DNA from: an uncultured virus (IMG/VR IMGVR_UViG_3300035208_003016)
Lineage: Duplodnaviria; Heunggongvirae; Uroviricota; Caudoviricetes
IMG/VR virus record: IMGVR_UViG_3300035208_003016
Direction: 5' to 3' (one strand)
DNA length: 64,000 nt
The notes below the pieces were generated by a model. The model ran no database searches and was not told the origin of the DNA. It saw only the letters and a program-made list of their open reading frames with translations. This document shows, piece by piece, positions 40,299-51,070 of this stretch. The stretch's first letter is position 1, and every line of letters starts with the position of its first letter. The translations under genes were made by a program, and so were the position numbers.

Positions 40299-41881
40299 CA
40301 AATTTAATATTTTCTCAAAATGATAGTGGATTATTTTCAGATTCTTATACATATCTTAAGTATTCAATTGATATAATTCCTGCTGATCTTAATTTTAATA
40401 TTGTAAAACCAGAGGTTTTATCTTTAAGTGGATCGACCTTAAATATTAATTATTTTAATGATCCAACATTTGGATATAATGAAGATTTTTCTAAACTTCA
40501 TGTTAATGGTACATCATTGATGTTTATAATAAGTAATTGTTCTGGAATATATTCATCTAATTCAATATCTTTATCTTCATGGAATCCAATCATTAATGGA
40601 ATTTCTATAGATACTATTAAAAGATCAGATATGAGTTTTACTTATAATGGTGATTATAAAGTTTTTTCTGAGAATGTTGTTACAAAATCAGGATATTGGG
40701 CTTATGGTAATAATATTGAAGTTTCTTTAAATTATAATGGAATTAATTTATTATATGGATCTTCAAGTCAAATAATTAAACCAATTATATATGATTATGA
40801 TACTACTGGTGTATTTAAAATGAATTTAATTTTAAATCTTGATTTTAATTCAGTATCAAGTCCGTATACTTATACAGATCCTAATTTTAGTTTATCTGGA
40901 TGTATATTAGATATTAAAATGTATGATAAAAATAATATTATAAAAGCAAATAAAAGTTATTCTAATGTTAATATAAATTTTCCAGATATAGATGGTTCTA
41001 TAATAGTTGATAATAATATTACTAAAACTATTGATGATGTTGTGTTTTATGTATCTAGAAACGCTAATATTAGAGATACTAATTATACAGAACTCCATAA
41101 TATTAAAAAACAAACATATAATATCATTAAAAATTCATTTTATGAAGAAAATTACCAAAGTTATTTAAATAATAATGTTTATGCTGATAATATTATAATA
41201 CCTAATTCTTCTTTAAATCGTGGAGATTATTGTTTTATATCTTATGAACCAAAATTATTTGGTATTAGATCTGGAATTAAAAATAATACAGCTATAACTG
41301 ATTATGTAACAAATTGTAAAGGTCATAAATATTTTATATCTGGTGTTGCATTAAATATGAGTATTAGTGGTGTTTATGGAGATGATATATTAGATTTAAT
41401 ATCTGAACAAAATCCTTATATTTTTATAGATTCAGCAAATAATAGTGGTCATCTTCAAGTTAATTTTAGTGCAACTCATGAAAATTGGACAACAAATACA
41501 AATAGAGATAATCTTCAAGAATCTGGTATTTATCCATTTATTTCACAATTATATTTGATTGCTACTCAAAATAATTATATAGAAACTACATTACGAGTTC
41601 GACAAAGTACTTTTAATTCGTATGATGATGAACTGACCTATCCTAATGTTGATATTACGTATACTACATTACTTTCTATTCTTGGAATGGAAAATCTTTA
41701 TTACTCTCAATCTAGTTTATCTGGTACTGATATTTCTTTAACTTCTCAATCAATAAATGTTAATATATTAAAATCTGGAAGTTATAAAGTATATTTAGCT
41801 GTAGTTGATGAATTTGATCAAGTATCATTATGGTGTATTACTAATAAATCTAAAAATTTTAATTTTTCTGCAGGTTATTAA
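40295..41881 (+). CDS. Virion protein; SG-rich
   Basis: Beta-rich, Ig-like C-terminus (GSYKVYLAVVDEFDQ); 12 SG. Confidence 0.45.
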   Translation: MTNLIFSQNDSGLFSDSYTYLKYSIDIIPADLNFNIVKPEVLSLSGSTLNINYFNDPTFGYNEDFSKLHVNGTSLMFIISNCSGIYSSNSISLSSWNPIINGISIDTIKRSDMSFTYNGDYKVFSENVVTKSGYWAYGNNIEVSLNYNGINLLYGSSSQIIKPIIYDYDTTGVFKMNLILNLDFNSVSSPYTYTDPNFSLSGCILDIKMYDKNNIIKANKSYSNVNINFPDIDGSIIVDNNITKTIDDVVFYVSRNANIRDTNYTELHNIKKQTYNIIKNSFYEENYQSYLNNNVYADNIIIPNSSLNRGDYCFISYEPKLFGIRSGIKNNTAITDYVTNCKGHKYFISGVALNMSISGVYGDDILDLISEQNPYIFIDSANNSGHLQVNFSATHENWTTNTNRDNLQESGIYPFISQLYLIATQNNYIETTLRVRQSTFNSYDDELTYPNVDITYTTLLSILGMENLYYSQSSLSGTDISLTSQSINVNILKSGSYKVYLAVVDEFDQVSLWCITNKSKNFNFSAGY

Positions 41882-43236
41882 TGTCTAATAATTTTTATAT
41901 TTCTTTAGGATCTTTAAGTGGAATTAATTTATATTTTGATTCTTTAAATAAAGGAGATTCTAATCTTTATTTTAAAGTTTATTCAAATGAAATTCAGATT
42001 CCTCCTCAAACGAAAATAAAGGCTATTATAGTACCAAGTGGAATTAGTAATCTACCTGATCCAGACACAGCTTTCTCTGTCTCTGAGTTACTTGTACGGC
42101 TTCGTAGTGATAAGATATATAGTGATGATGATTATGGATTATATTCAGTGTATGGTGGATCAAATAATACATCTTCAAACATTAATCCTTCATTTAATGA
42201 TGTTAAAATAGGAACAATGTGGGAGAATTCAGTATTTGATATTCATTGGATAATTCAAAGAAATAATGTTGAAACTTATGGTAGTTATTCTGGAGTATGG
42301 AGTTTACCACATAATATTCAAAATCAAGAAGTTATAATAAGTGGTCAATTAATTTCTGATGATACTATGCATTATACATTAAATTGGAGTGGAATTAGTA
42401 ATGAAGGATCACTTTTATATAATTATCCCACATATGGTCCATATAGAATGTATGTATCTCATGCTTATGATGTAAATGATACTGTATCAGGATTTACAAA
42501 TTACGTATATTATCCATCTGGAACTTTTATATCTGGAGTATCTTTTAATTTACCATATAATGATCCTAGAACAAATACTCCTGCTATATATTTATTTAAT
42601 CTTTTAAATGTTAGTGCATATAGTGGTATTAGGTTTAATTCTTCACCAAAAATTATTACAGTTGATCATGCTCAATTAAATTCTACAAGTTATTTTAAAA
42701 ATCTTGATAATGAAGTATTTTCTAGTCCAGATGTTAATAAATTAAAAAAAGTGGATGAAGTTTTAATAGAGTCTAATGTTATTAATAGGAAAAGATTAAG
42801 TATTGGAATTAATGATATTTGTATTAAAAATAATATATATATGAAACAAGGAGTATATGTATCTAATTATTATCCAGTAGATTTTAATATATATACTTTT
42901 TCATTAAAAGTTGATGAATTTATTCCAGATTATGAAAATATTAATAAATATAATATTGTTAAATATTTTATCGAATTTAATTCAAAATACGAACAAATAT
43001 CTCCAATATCTAGAAGTGATGAATTTTTAGATAATAAACTTATTCCAAAATTACTAATATTTGATAAAGGACAAGATATTAATCATATTAAATATCTTAA
43101 TTATGAGAATGTAAGAAGTTTTAGAATTAAAATTCTATTTGATTTATCTTTTTTAACTGATAATAAATTTATTTCACCTGAAATATTTGATTATAAATGT
43201 ATTTTATACAGTAAAGAACAATTTTTATCTCTATGA
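41881..43236 (+). CDS. Virion protein; SG-rich N-terminal half
   Basis: 9 SG, all in the first ~250 aa; C-terminal SPEIFDY motif. Confidence 0.45.
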   Translation: MSNNFYISLGSLSGINLYFDSLNKGDSNLYFKVYSNEIQIPPQTKIKAIIVPSGISNLPDPDTAFSVSELLVRLRSDKIYSDDDYGLYSVYGGSNNTSSNINPSFNDVKIGTMWENSVFDIHWIIQRNNVETYGSYSGVWSLPHNIQNQEVIISGQLISDDTMHYTLNWSGISNEGSLLYNYPTYGPYRMYVSHAYDVNDTVSGFTNYVYYPSGTFISGVSFNLPYNDPRTNTPAIYLFNLLNVSAYSGIRFNSSPKIITVDHAQLNSTSYFKNLDNEVFSSPDVNKLKKVDEVLIESNVINRKRLSIGINDICIKNNIYMKQGVYVSNYYPVDFNIYTFSLKVDEFIPDYENINKYNIVKYFIEFNSKYEQISPISRSDEFLDNKLIPKLLIFDKGQDINHIKYLNYENVRSFRIKILFDLSFLTDNKFISPEIFDYKCILYSKEQFLSL

Positions 43237-46200
43237 ACTATAAAATAGATAACTTATATAATAAAGTTTATTCTTCGTTTATTCGTGGTGAGTATCCTGA
43301 AGGACCAAAAATACCTACTAAAAATGAGGTATTATCTAAAATTGAAGAAATTACAACTTCAGAATATATTCCTATTACCAAAAATGATAGATTAAATGAA
43401 ATTGATATTGATAAAATTAATGAAAAATTTTCAAATATTATTGATGATATAGATATTTTATATTCTTCAATTGAATCTCAATCTAAAGAAGTATTATCTC
43501 AACTTACAAATTCTTTAAAAGAACATAATGGTGTTAAAAGTGAATTAAAACTTATAAATAATTCAGTTCAAGATATTTCTAATGGAAAACTTGGAGAAGA
43601 GTTTTTAACATATAATTTTACAGAAACGTTTAATGATTCTACAAATATTAATTTAAATAAAAGTGATCCTATTAATTATGATGCTGGATTATTTACTATA
43701 AATAAAGATTTTAGTAATTATGTTAATCTTAAACATTATTATGGAACAAAGTTAGATTTTATAATTTCTGAAAGTTATTCATTAATAATAGATAATGGTT
43801 ATATTGGAGATACTGATGCTTCATTAATATTTGATCAAGTTAATCCAAGACAATTAATATATTATGTTAAAACTAGTAGTCCTACATCTTTAAAATTATC
43901 AACAAGTATACAACTTAATGAACAAGTTAGTGTTATAGATATTAATTCTGTTATTATAGATATAGATTCTGATGTTTCAAAAGGATTAATTAGGTTATAT
44001 TATAAAGATAATTATGAATGGAAAGATGTTAAAACTAATAGTATTCAAGAGATTATTAATGATAAAATTATTTTTAATTTTCCATCAGTTAAAACCTCAC
44101 ATATTAAAATAGAATTTATTAAAAATAGTCCAGATTCGTTTTTAGATAATTCATATTATTTTGCAATAAATAATATTTCGATATCTAAAAGTGTTTCTAA
44201 ACGTACTGCTACTATGCAATCTAATGCTATAATTTTAAATAGTTATAATAACGATGTTCCTTTTATATCAAATATTAGTGTATCTGGAGATTATGACGTT
44301 CCTAATAATTGTGATATGAAAATATATGTTTCTCCAGATATTAAAATAAGTGGAGCTTTTGTAGATAGTTTTAATAGTGTACTTGATTATAGATCTCCAA
44401 ATATTTATAAGTTTGATCCAACTTATTCTGGATCTGTTTATTTATCTGAGATAATGTATGTTAATAATCTTGTATCTGGTATATTTCCATATAAAAGTAT
44501 TAATTTTAATTGGCAAGAACTTAAATTAAATGATAAAAAAGGTGAGTCCATACCAGAACTTATAGATTTTTCTAATACTATTAAAAATATTAAATTAGAT
44601 AATTCTTTATTTAAACCAAATGATCAAATATTATTTGGAGATTCTAATTATATAGAAACTTATAACGTAAGTGGATGGGTAAATGTAGATAATGAAAATT
44701 GGTCTATATTAGAATCAATGGTTATTTCTGGAATGTTAGTATCTGGAGTTGATATAGCAACTTTAGAAGGTGTTTCTTGGAATGATATTGAAGATATTAA
44801 TGGTATAATTCATCCAGATATATTAGCGAATCCTTTATATTCTGGACAGTGGATAGGATATAATAGTGGAGTTGGATATCCTTTTGGATATACATATTCA
44901 GATTATGTTTTAAAATTTGGAGATTATTCACAAAGTTATAATGGGTGGTGGAGACCATATGTAGAATCTGTCACATTATCTGGAATAGATCCAGATTATA
45001 CTGGAATTAATGGGTTTTTAAGTAATAATTATGTTAATTATCTTCCTGATTTTTATTTTAATAATAATCATTTTTATAAAATATATAAATTTGGATATGG
45101 AAATAATGTTATTGATCAATCTATACGATTATATACATATCAAGAAAGACCTATTAATAACATTTTTGATAGATATCCTTGTACTTTTGTATGGAAATAT
45201 AAAACTGAATGGATAGATAAAATAGATTATAAAATTAATGATTTTGATCCAACTTATCCATCATCTTGGGATAATTATATTATTCCTATTTCTTCTGGAT
45301 TATTAAATATTAATGAAGAGTATATTATTGATTCAATAACTGATCTTAAAATACATAATTCTAATTCTATTTTAGATAGATCAGAATATCGAATATTATA
45401 TAATGATAATACTATAAATGGTTTGTTATTAAAAGGATTATCTAATCGTACTGGTCTTATTCCAAGTGGAATTACTTTTGATTATAAATATCAATATAGA
45501 GTTAAAAATGAATATCTTTCTACATGGACTGCATTTGTTATAGTTTCTCCAGGAAGTAGTGATAATTTTATTACTATATCAAATGTTTTTATAAATGAAA
45601 AAAATATTAAATTAATACAAAAAATAGTTGTAGAAAATATTGATAATGGACAAGTTACTGAGTTTCTAGATGATACTGGAGGATCTTTTTATATAGATTT
45701 TATGTCTCAAAATACTCAATCTGAAACACATTATAAAATTACTATATTTTGTGCTAGTGATGAAAATACAGGATTTTGTGCTTATAATTGGATTCCTTAT
45801 CAAAATAATATAAATGGAACAATTAATGTTTCTCCTTATATTAAAATTGTATCTAAATTAGAATCACTTAAAATTGTAAGTTTTGATAATTTATTATATA
45901 ATACTTCTTTTTCTAATGATAATAAAGCTGCAATTTATGAAGAAAATAATGAAAAATATATAGTTGTTAAAAAACCTTTTAAAGATTATGTTCCTGGATA
46001 TTATTTTAATTATATTAATAAAAAGTATTATTATGATCCTGATAAACAAATAGAAAATAAAAGTCATTGGATTAGATCTGGAGATAATATTAATATATAT
46101 TATACTACAGGATCATCTGGTAATTTTGTATATAAAAAAGGTTTTAGTAATGTTGATATAAATTGGAATGGTGGAGTAACTCTTGTCGATTTTCCAAATT

Positions 46201-46628
46201 ATACTGGATATGAAAGTTATCAACATCATAGTACGTATGGATATCCTATAAATATAGATAATATTAATGAACAAAGTATTATTTTATATCCAAATGATAT
46301 TGATCCTAGAGCACCAATATCTAGTGGAATTGTTGGAAGTTCTTTATGGTTAAATTGGTTAAATAATACTAATAGAAGTAGTGAAGCTAATATATATCAG
46401 AGTTCAAATAAATTAACAGTTTCGGATTATAATAGAGGATTTTTATTTTATGATACTGCTGAAAATTTACCATCATATTATTCAATATCATATAGATTAA
46501 TTAAAAGTACTTCTGATATTAATAATAGATTTTTGTATAAAATAGAACTTATAAGTGATGATGATGGTAGTCTTGTACCAAAAGTTCGATCAATAAATTT
46601 TATTATAAATAAGGACATTTATGCGTAA
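43233..46628 (+). CDS. Large virion structural protein (1131 aa)
   Basis: N-terminal helix INEKFSNIIDDIDILY, discoidin-like region, C-terminal PKVRSI; about 15 SG after residue ~345. Confidence 0.55.
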   Translation: MNYKIDNLYNKVYSSFIRGEYPEGPKIPTKNEVLSKIEEITTSEYIPITKNDRLNEIDIDKINEKFSNIIDDIDILYSSIESQSKEVLSQLTNSLKEHNGVKSELKLINNSVQDISNGKLGEEFLTYNFTETFNDSTNINLNKSDPINYDAGLFTINKDFSNYVNLKHYYGTKLDFIISESYSLIIDNGYIGDTDASLIFDQVNPRQLIYYVKTSSPTSLKLSTSIQLNEQVSVIDINSVIIDIDSDVSKGLIRLYYKDNYEWKDVKTNSIQEIINDKIIFNFPSVKTSHIKIEFIKNSPDSFLDNSYYFAINNISISKSVSKRTATMQSNAIILNSYNNDVPFISNISVSGDYDVPNNCDMKIYVSPDIKISGAFVDSFNSVLDYRSPNIYKFDPTYSGSVYLSEIMYVNNLVSGIFPYKSINFNWQELKLNDKKGESIPELIDFSNTIKNIKLDNSLFKPNDQILFGDSNYIETYNVSGWVNVDNENWSILESMVISGMLVSGVDIATLEGVSWNDIEDINGIIHPDILANPLYSGQWIGYNSGVGYPFGYTYSDYVLKFGDYSQSYNGWWRPYVESVTLSGIDPDYTGINGFLSNNYVNYLPDFYFNNNHFYKIYKFGYGNNVIDQSIRLYTYQERPINNIFDRYPCTFVWKYKTEWIDKIDYKINDFDPTYPSSWDNYIIPISSGLLNINEEYIIDSITDLKIHNSNSILDRSEYRILYNDNTINGLLLKGLSNRTGLIPSGITFDYKYQYRVKNEYLSTWTAFVIVSPGSSDNFITISNVFINEKNIKLIQKIVVENIDNGQVTEFLDDTGGSFYIDFMSQNTQSETHYKITIFCASDENTGFCAYNWIPYQNNINGTINVSPYIKIVSKLESLKIVSFDNLLYNTSFSNDNKAAIYEENNEKYIVVKKPFKDYVPGYYFNYINKKYYYDPDKQIENKSHWIRSGDNINIYYTTGSSGNFVYKKGFSNVDINWNGGVTLVDFPNYTGYESYQHHSTYGYPINIDNINEQSIILYPNDIDPRAPISSGIVGSSLWLNWLNNTNRSSEANIYQSSNKLTVSDYNRGFLFYDTAENLPSYYSISYRLIKSTSDINNRFLYKIELISDDDGSLVPKVRSINFIINKDIYA

Positions 46629-46872
46629 TAATTATCCAGTATTGTCTCAAGAATTAAATGATAAATTTATGTCTAATTATGAACATCTTGTTTACTTACT
46701 TGGACAAAAAATTGATGGATATAATAAATATTCTGGAGTATATGATGTTTTAGAACTTGCTTGTTCTGGATATGTTATTAGTTTTAGTGGAATTCCTTCT
46801 GTATATAATGATAAATTTACTGATATTTTAAAATTTGATTATATTTATAGAAAACATTTTAAAGAAATATAG
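46621..46872 (+). CDS. Small hypothetical virion protein
   Basis: AAGGA RBS; 3 SG in 83 aa. Confidence 0.5.
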   Translation: MRNNYPVLSQELNDKFMSNYEHLVYLLGQKIDGYNKYSGVYDVLELACSGYVISFSGIPSVYNDKFTDILKFDYIYRKHFKEI

Positions 46873-46880
46873 GAGTATTT

Positions 46881-48053
46881 ATGATACCTACTGACCAACT
46901 TGTGGCTTATCCAATAACTAAAGAACTTGGATATAGAGAAAATATTAATTCTAATGAACTTAATGAAACTATTAGATCTCTAGAAGAATCGGTTTTAAGA
47001 GCAATAATTAGAAGTACTCAACTCACTGAAAAAATAAATATGTTAAATTTAGCAGTAACTTCAGCATATACTGCTCTTGGTAAATCTAGTCAAATGTATA
47101 CTTCTTATCCGACTACTAGTGATATTATAAGTTCAACATCATTTGTTGGAACAGCTTATGCTACTTCATTTGGAGATGTATCAGGAGTAAGACAAGATAT
47201 TGTTAATGGAATTACTACTTTAGATTGGAATAATAATAAAAAATTATCTAAAATTCCTGTATATAATGGAATTGTTTCTTCTAATACTAAAATATACGTT
47301 GATGGAACTTTACGATCTAATGATGATGTTGTATATAATCTTGTAGATCTAGATGATTCTACATTTTGGATTGAATCAGCAACTGCTGGAGAACATAATG
47401 TTCAAATAGTAATTCCTCCTTCAACATCAAAAACATTTAATTATCTAAAAATTATTCCATTTCCAATATTTGGTATAGAAATAACAAGAATTGAATATAG
47501 TGATTTACAAAATAAAGCACAAGTTATATATCCAACAAAAGAAAATTCTTTTTATTCTAAAGCTGGTCCATTAGTATTTCATTTATCACCAAGAGAATAT
47601 AATAATAGTATTAATATCGTTTTTAATGTTCTAGAAGGTATTAATGTAATGGGGTTTTCAATTATAGATATATGTTCTATTGATTACTTAAATAATATAA
47701 ATACTGTATATCTTAAATTTGAAAATATTCCAGATGTTGATGTATATGGAAATACTGTTAGTGAAATTAATCCAGTATCAATAGATATTGATTTTTACGT
47801 CGATGGAGTTTTAAATGAATCTTATGATAATTGTATTGCTGAATTTTCTTTAGTTCCATCAGTTAATTCTGGAACAAGTGTTGGACTATCTAGAATACGT
47901 GGATTTCAAAATATACCATCAACGAGTATAACTTTAGGTACATTTAATGGTAAAAACACATTATATCTTAAATGTGTAATGAATGGTATTAATAATACAA
48001 CTCCTGTTATAAGAGGAGCTAAATTAAATTATACATATGGAACAATAGTGTAA
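46881..48053 (+). CDS. Virion structural protein
   Basis: AGGAG RBS; INSNELNE helix, NLVDLDDSTFW discoidin-like motif, C-terminal TPVIR. Confidence 0.5.
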   Translation: MIPTDQLVAYPITKELGYRENINSNELNETIRSLEESVLRAIIRSTQLTEKINMLNLAVTSAYTALGKSSQMYTSYPTTSDIISSTSFVGTAYATSFGDVSGVRQDIVNGITTLDWNNNKKLSKIPVYNGIVSSNTKIYVDGTLRSNDDVVYNLVDLDDSTFWIESATAGEHNVQIVIPPSTSKTFNYLKIIPFPIFGIEITRIEYSDLQNKAQVIYPTKENSFYSKAGPLVFHLSPREYNNSINIVFNVLEGINVMGFSIIDICSIDYLNNINTVYLKFENIPDVDVYGNTVSEINPVSIDIDFYVDGVLNESYDNCIAEFSLVPSVNSGTSVGLSRIRGFQNIPSTSITLGTFNGKNTLYLKCVMNGINNTTPVIRGAKLNYTYGTIV

Positions 48054-48062
48054 GAGGTAAAA

Positions 48063-48419
48063 ATGTTAACAACTGAACAAATTGAAGTAAAATTAAATAA
48101 TCTTGATCAGAAAATAAAAGGAGTTGTTGTTTTAATAGAACGATTAAGTTCTGATATTTCTGCTAAGACTAATATTACAGATTTAAATAGGAATGTTAGT
48201 GAATTAAGAGATTTAATTAAAGATAATGCAACATTTATAGGGTCGCTTGAGGAAAAGTTGGCTAAAATAATATTACCAGAAGAAACAAGATATTATCTTA
48301 ACGAGGGTGAGGTAAGTTCTTTTCAATCTAATTTTAATACATTAAAAGCAATGATGAATAAAATGGATACTTTATATAAAAATATTGTAAATTATCAAAG
48401 TAATTTAATGAACGCTTAA
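48063..48419 (+). CDS. Coiled-coil protein, last gene of the + operon
   Basis: GAGG RBS; heptad pattern. Confidence 0.55.
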   Translation: MLTTEQIEVKLNNLDQKIKGVVVLIERLSSDISAKTNITDLNRNVSELRDLIKDNATFIGSLEEKLAKIILPEETRYYLNEGEVSSFQSNFNTLKAMMNKMDTLYKNIVNYQSNLMNA

Positions 48420-48728
48420 TTTAATATTTATATTTTGTATAAGTTCTATGAATTTATCTTCTTTAAGAAGTAATGTATTATGAAGTGTATTGAATGGTAT
48501 ATTTTTAATAGCTGAATCAATAATCATTAATTCAACTCTAGAATAACTTTTAGTTTTTAAATCTATAAAAAAATCTATAGGAGTCTTATATTTATTTATA
48601 GACTCCTTGATTTTATTTTGAAATTTAGTTATTATTTTATTTTTAGTGGTTTGTAGTGTGGACATTGTTCTACTGAAATTAATATGTTTAATTTTGATAT
48701 ATTTATAAATGTTGATATTAATGCACAA
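48405..48728 (-). CDS. Hypothetical protein (true start probably the internal MSTLQ)
   Basis: Last gene of the - operon; 3' end overlaps the convergent gene. Confidence 0.45.
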   Translation of the reverse strand: MCININIYKYIKIKHINFSRTMSTLQTTKNKIITKFQNKIKESINKYKTPIDFFIDLKTKSYSRVELMIIDSAIKNIPFNTLHNTLLLKEDKFIELIQNINIKLSVH

Positions 48729-48838
48729 ATTTGAGAAGTTCTACATATTGAACATCTTTTAGGTATAACTAATTCGTTTGGTAATATATCAAGATCTGAT
48801 TCATCTTTTATAAATAAATCATCAAGTATGCTGTTCAA
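48632..48838 (-). CDS. Small Cys-rich protein
   Basis: CSIC...C...CPHY. Confidence 0.5.
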   Translation of the reverse strand: MNSILDDLFIKDESDLDILPNELVIPKRCSICRTSQICALISTFINISKLNILISVEQCPHYKPLKIK

Positions 48839-49418
48839 TTTTAGAGTCCTTGATTAAATTGTAATCTAGAATTTCTTTATGATTTAACCACTTTCTCTTT
48901 TTTAATAATCGTTTTGCTCTTAAAATAGATAAGTCTAATTGTTCAGCAGTATATTTTATGTAATTATCATATATTTCTTTTTCTTCAGTTTTATCTGCTT
49001 TAAGACGTTCTTCATATGTGCATTCATCACCTATTGTTATATGTGAGTGTACAAATACTCTACAACTTGGAAATATTGTTCTTATATCACCAACTATAAA
49101 TATAAAAAATCCAGCAGAAGCGATCTCACCAAGCGCATATGTTTCTAGAGTAAGTTTATACTTATGTTTTATATATAAAAGAAAATCAATAATAGCAAAA
49201 CAATGTGCAAGATATCCACCTTGAGATGTTATATAAATTTTAACATCTTTAATTTCATCAAGATCCTCTTGTAATAATGTAGATATAGTATCATTTGATA
49301 CTTCTTCATTAATTTCTCCAACAATGTATATACTTATTGAATCGTCGTCTTTTACTACTGTTGTTAATCCAGGAGAATCTACAATAGTTTCCATGATATC
49401 ATTTAGTTGCTTTGTCAT
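48822..49418 (-). CDS. clpP: ClpP-like serine protease
   Basis: IYIVGEINE, IYITSQGG, GEIASAG (catalytic Ser), RVFVHS (His). Confidence 0.85.
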   Translation of the reverse strand: MTKQLNDIMETIVDSPGLTTVVKDDDSISIYIVGEINEEVSNDTISTLLQEDLDEIKDVKIYITSQGGYLAHCFAIIDFLLYIKHKYKLTLETYALGEIASAGFFIFIVGDIRTIFPSCRVFVHSHITIGDECTYEERLKADKTEEKEIYDNYIKYTAEQLDLSILRAKRLLKKRKWLNHKEILDYNLIKDSKIEQHT

Positions 49419-49429
49419 AGATGTCTTTC

Positions 49430-49708
49430 TTATTTAGGATTTTGATATCTTGATATAGATTTATTTATAAAACATCCCACTCTAGAACAAACTGTTTGAT
49501 CTATACCTCTTGGCCAATCCTCTTTATCCATAAATTTAACACATACTGTTGATGAAACACTTGTATTAAGCAAAGGACACTTAATCTTACCTTTAAGTTC
49601 TATCTTGGCTCTAGAACCCTTAATTTCTGGACCTACAAACATCTCGTTATAGTGAATTTCACTTCTTTTTGAATATATACTATCAATTAGTTCTTTGTTG
49701 TATTTCAT
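49430..49708 (-). CDS. Cys-rich hypothetical protein
   Basis: CPLL...C...C...C. Confidence 0.5.
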   Translation of the reverse strand: MKYNKELIDSIYSKRSEIHYNEMFVGPEIKGSRAKIELKGKIKCPLLNTSVSSTVCVKFMDKEDWPRGIDQTVCSRVGCFINKSISRYQNPK

Positions 49709-49709
49709 A

Positions 49710-50858
49710 TTACCTTCTGTATTTATCTATTACAGTTATAAGTTTTTGAGTAGATTTATTCCAACTATAGTTATTAGCCATAAAATCTGCTAAAGCCTCG
49801 CTCTTATTAGTATATTTTGTTTGATCATTAAAAGTTTCTTCAAGTTTAGATACATAATTATCTATATTAATATCTAACCAGTCTCCTTGATCACTTTTAA
49901 ACCAAAAACCATCTTCAGCAGTAACATATCCATTAGATTGAACTATAAGGTCTGTCTGTATATCTGGAGATCCTGGCACATATTCATTATGTCCAGTACA
50001 AAGAGTTGTAATTGTAGGAAGTCCACAACCCATGTTTTGACTAAGACATAAATTCCATCCTTCAGAACGACTTATACTTATACCAACATTAGCTGAATGT
50101 ATTAAAGATGGAACATTACATACTGGTATTGTAGGAGTAGTAAAATAAATATCACAAGATTTATATGTGAAAAGATGAGCTTTACCATTAAATCCTTTAT
50201 ATTCAAATCCATGCATTGTAGGATTAACACCAGTCCAACAATTTAAATTCTTAAAAGGATGATCTTGAACATTATTTATAAAAGGATTAAAAGTATGACA
50301 TATAAGTGCTACTTCTCGTTCTTTCATGAGATTAATAAATGTTCTGATAGTAACGTCAGTATTCTTACGTTCTTCTCTTTTACCAGATGTTATATATGTG
50401 AACTTCTTTGTATCGATGTATTTATCTACTGGTATTGTATTAAATAGTGTATCATCAATACCTTCATTTATGACTTCGATAGGTTTAGAAAAATTATATT
50501 GTTCAAGAAGTTTTTTATGCTCTTCTGTTGTTGTAAGAATAATATCTGTTGGACCATTCTCAAGCATATGTCTAGAAACTTCTTTAAGTTTAGTTGTTTC
50601 AAAGATTGAGAAGGTAAGAAGAGGTGAACCACAAGCTTGGTTCGATAGGTTATCATGGAAGCAAAATATACTTGGAGATTTATAATCAAATTTTGTTGAA
50701 GTTGCATGTTTGAAATACATCTCATAGAAAGGATCAAGTTCAACTTGTCCAATTGGAGTAAGATTAACTTCTTGTCCATTTTCTATAAGAGCTTTTAAAA
50801 TGTTTAGATTATGTAAAGAATATCCAAGATTTCCGACACTGCCATAAAGGTTGATCAT
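49710..50858 (-). CDS. GT4-like (GT-B) glycosyltransferase
   Basis: INEGIDDTLF, GKREERKN, SRSEGWNLCLSQNMGCGLPTITT, NYSWNKS. Confidence 0.9.
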   Translation of the reverse strand: MINLYGSVGNLGYSLHNLNILKALIENGQEVNLTPIGQVELDPFYEMYFKHATSTKFDYKSPSIFCFHDNLSNQACGSPLLTFSIFETTKLKEVSRHMLENGPTDIILTTTEEHKKLLEQYNFSKPIEVINEGIDDTLFNTIPVDKYIDTKKFTYITSGKREERKNTDVTIRTFINLMKEREVALICHTFNPFINNVQDHPFKNLNCWTGVNPTMHGFEYKGFNGKAHLFTYKSCDIYFTTPTIPVCNVPSLIHSANVGISISRSEGWNLCLSQNMGCGLPTITTLCTGHNEYVPGSPDIQTDLIVQSNGYVTAEDGFWFKSDQGDWLDINIDNYVSKLEETFNDQTKYTNKSEALADFMANNYSWNKSTQKLITVIDKYRR

Positions 50859-50866
50859 ATAATTAC

Positions 50867-51070
50867 TTACGTTAAGGTGAGATTATTTCTTAAATATTGT
50901 ATAAAACATTCTAGATCGCAAAACATATTATTATATTCTATATAATGCATATTATTAGGAGTATATATAAATGTTCCTTTAAGATCATCATTTTGAATTG
51001 ATAATCCTTTATTTTCTTCTATTATTTTATTACAGTGAGTACAATTCATATTAGTTTTTATATATTCCAA
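50867..51070 (-). CDS. Small zinc-finger protein (treble-clef-like)
   Basis: CTHC...FCDLEC. Confidence 0.55.
   Translation of the reverse strand: MEYIKTNMNCTHCNKIIEENKGLSIQNDDLKGTFIYTPNNMHYIEYNNMFCDLECFIQYLRNNLTLT

Noticed and set aside
8259..45216. Short alternative-frame Ile/Leu-rich ORFs (8259, 26513, 31270, 45031)
   Set aside because: Off-frame artefacts of AT-rich coding sequence nested inside long genes.
48380..48440. Bidirectional terminator at the convergence of the two operons
   Set aside because: The genes overlap at their 3' ends and no GC-rich hairpin with a U-tract is visible.
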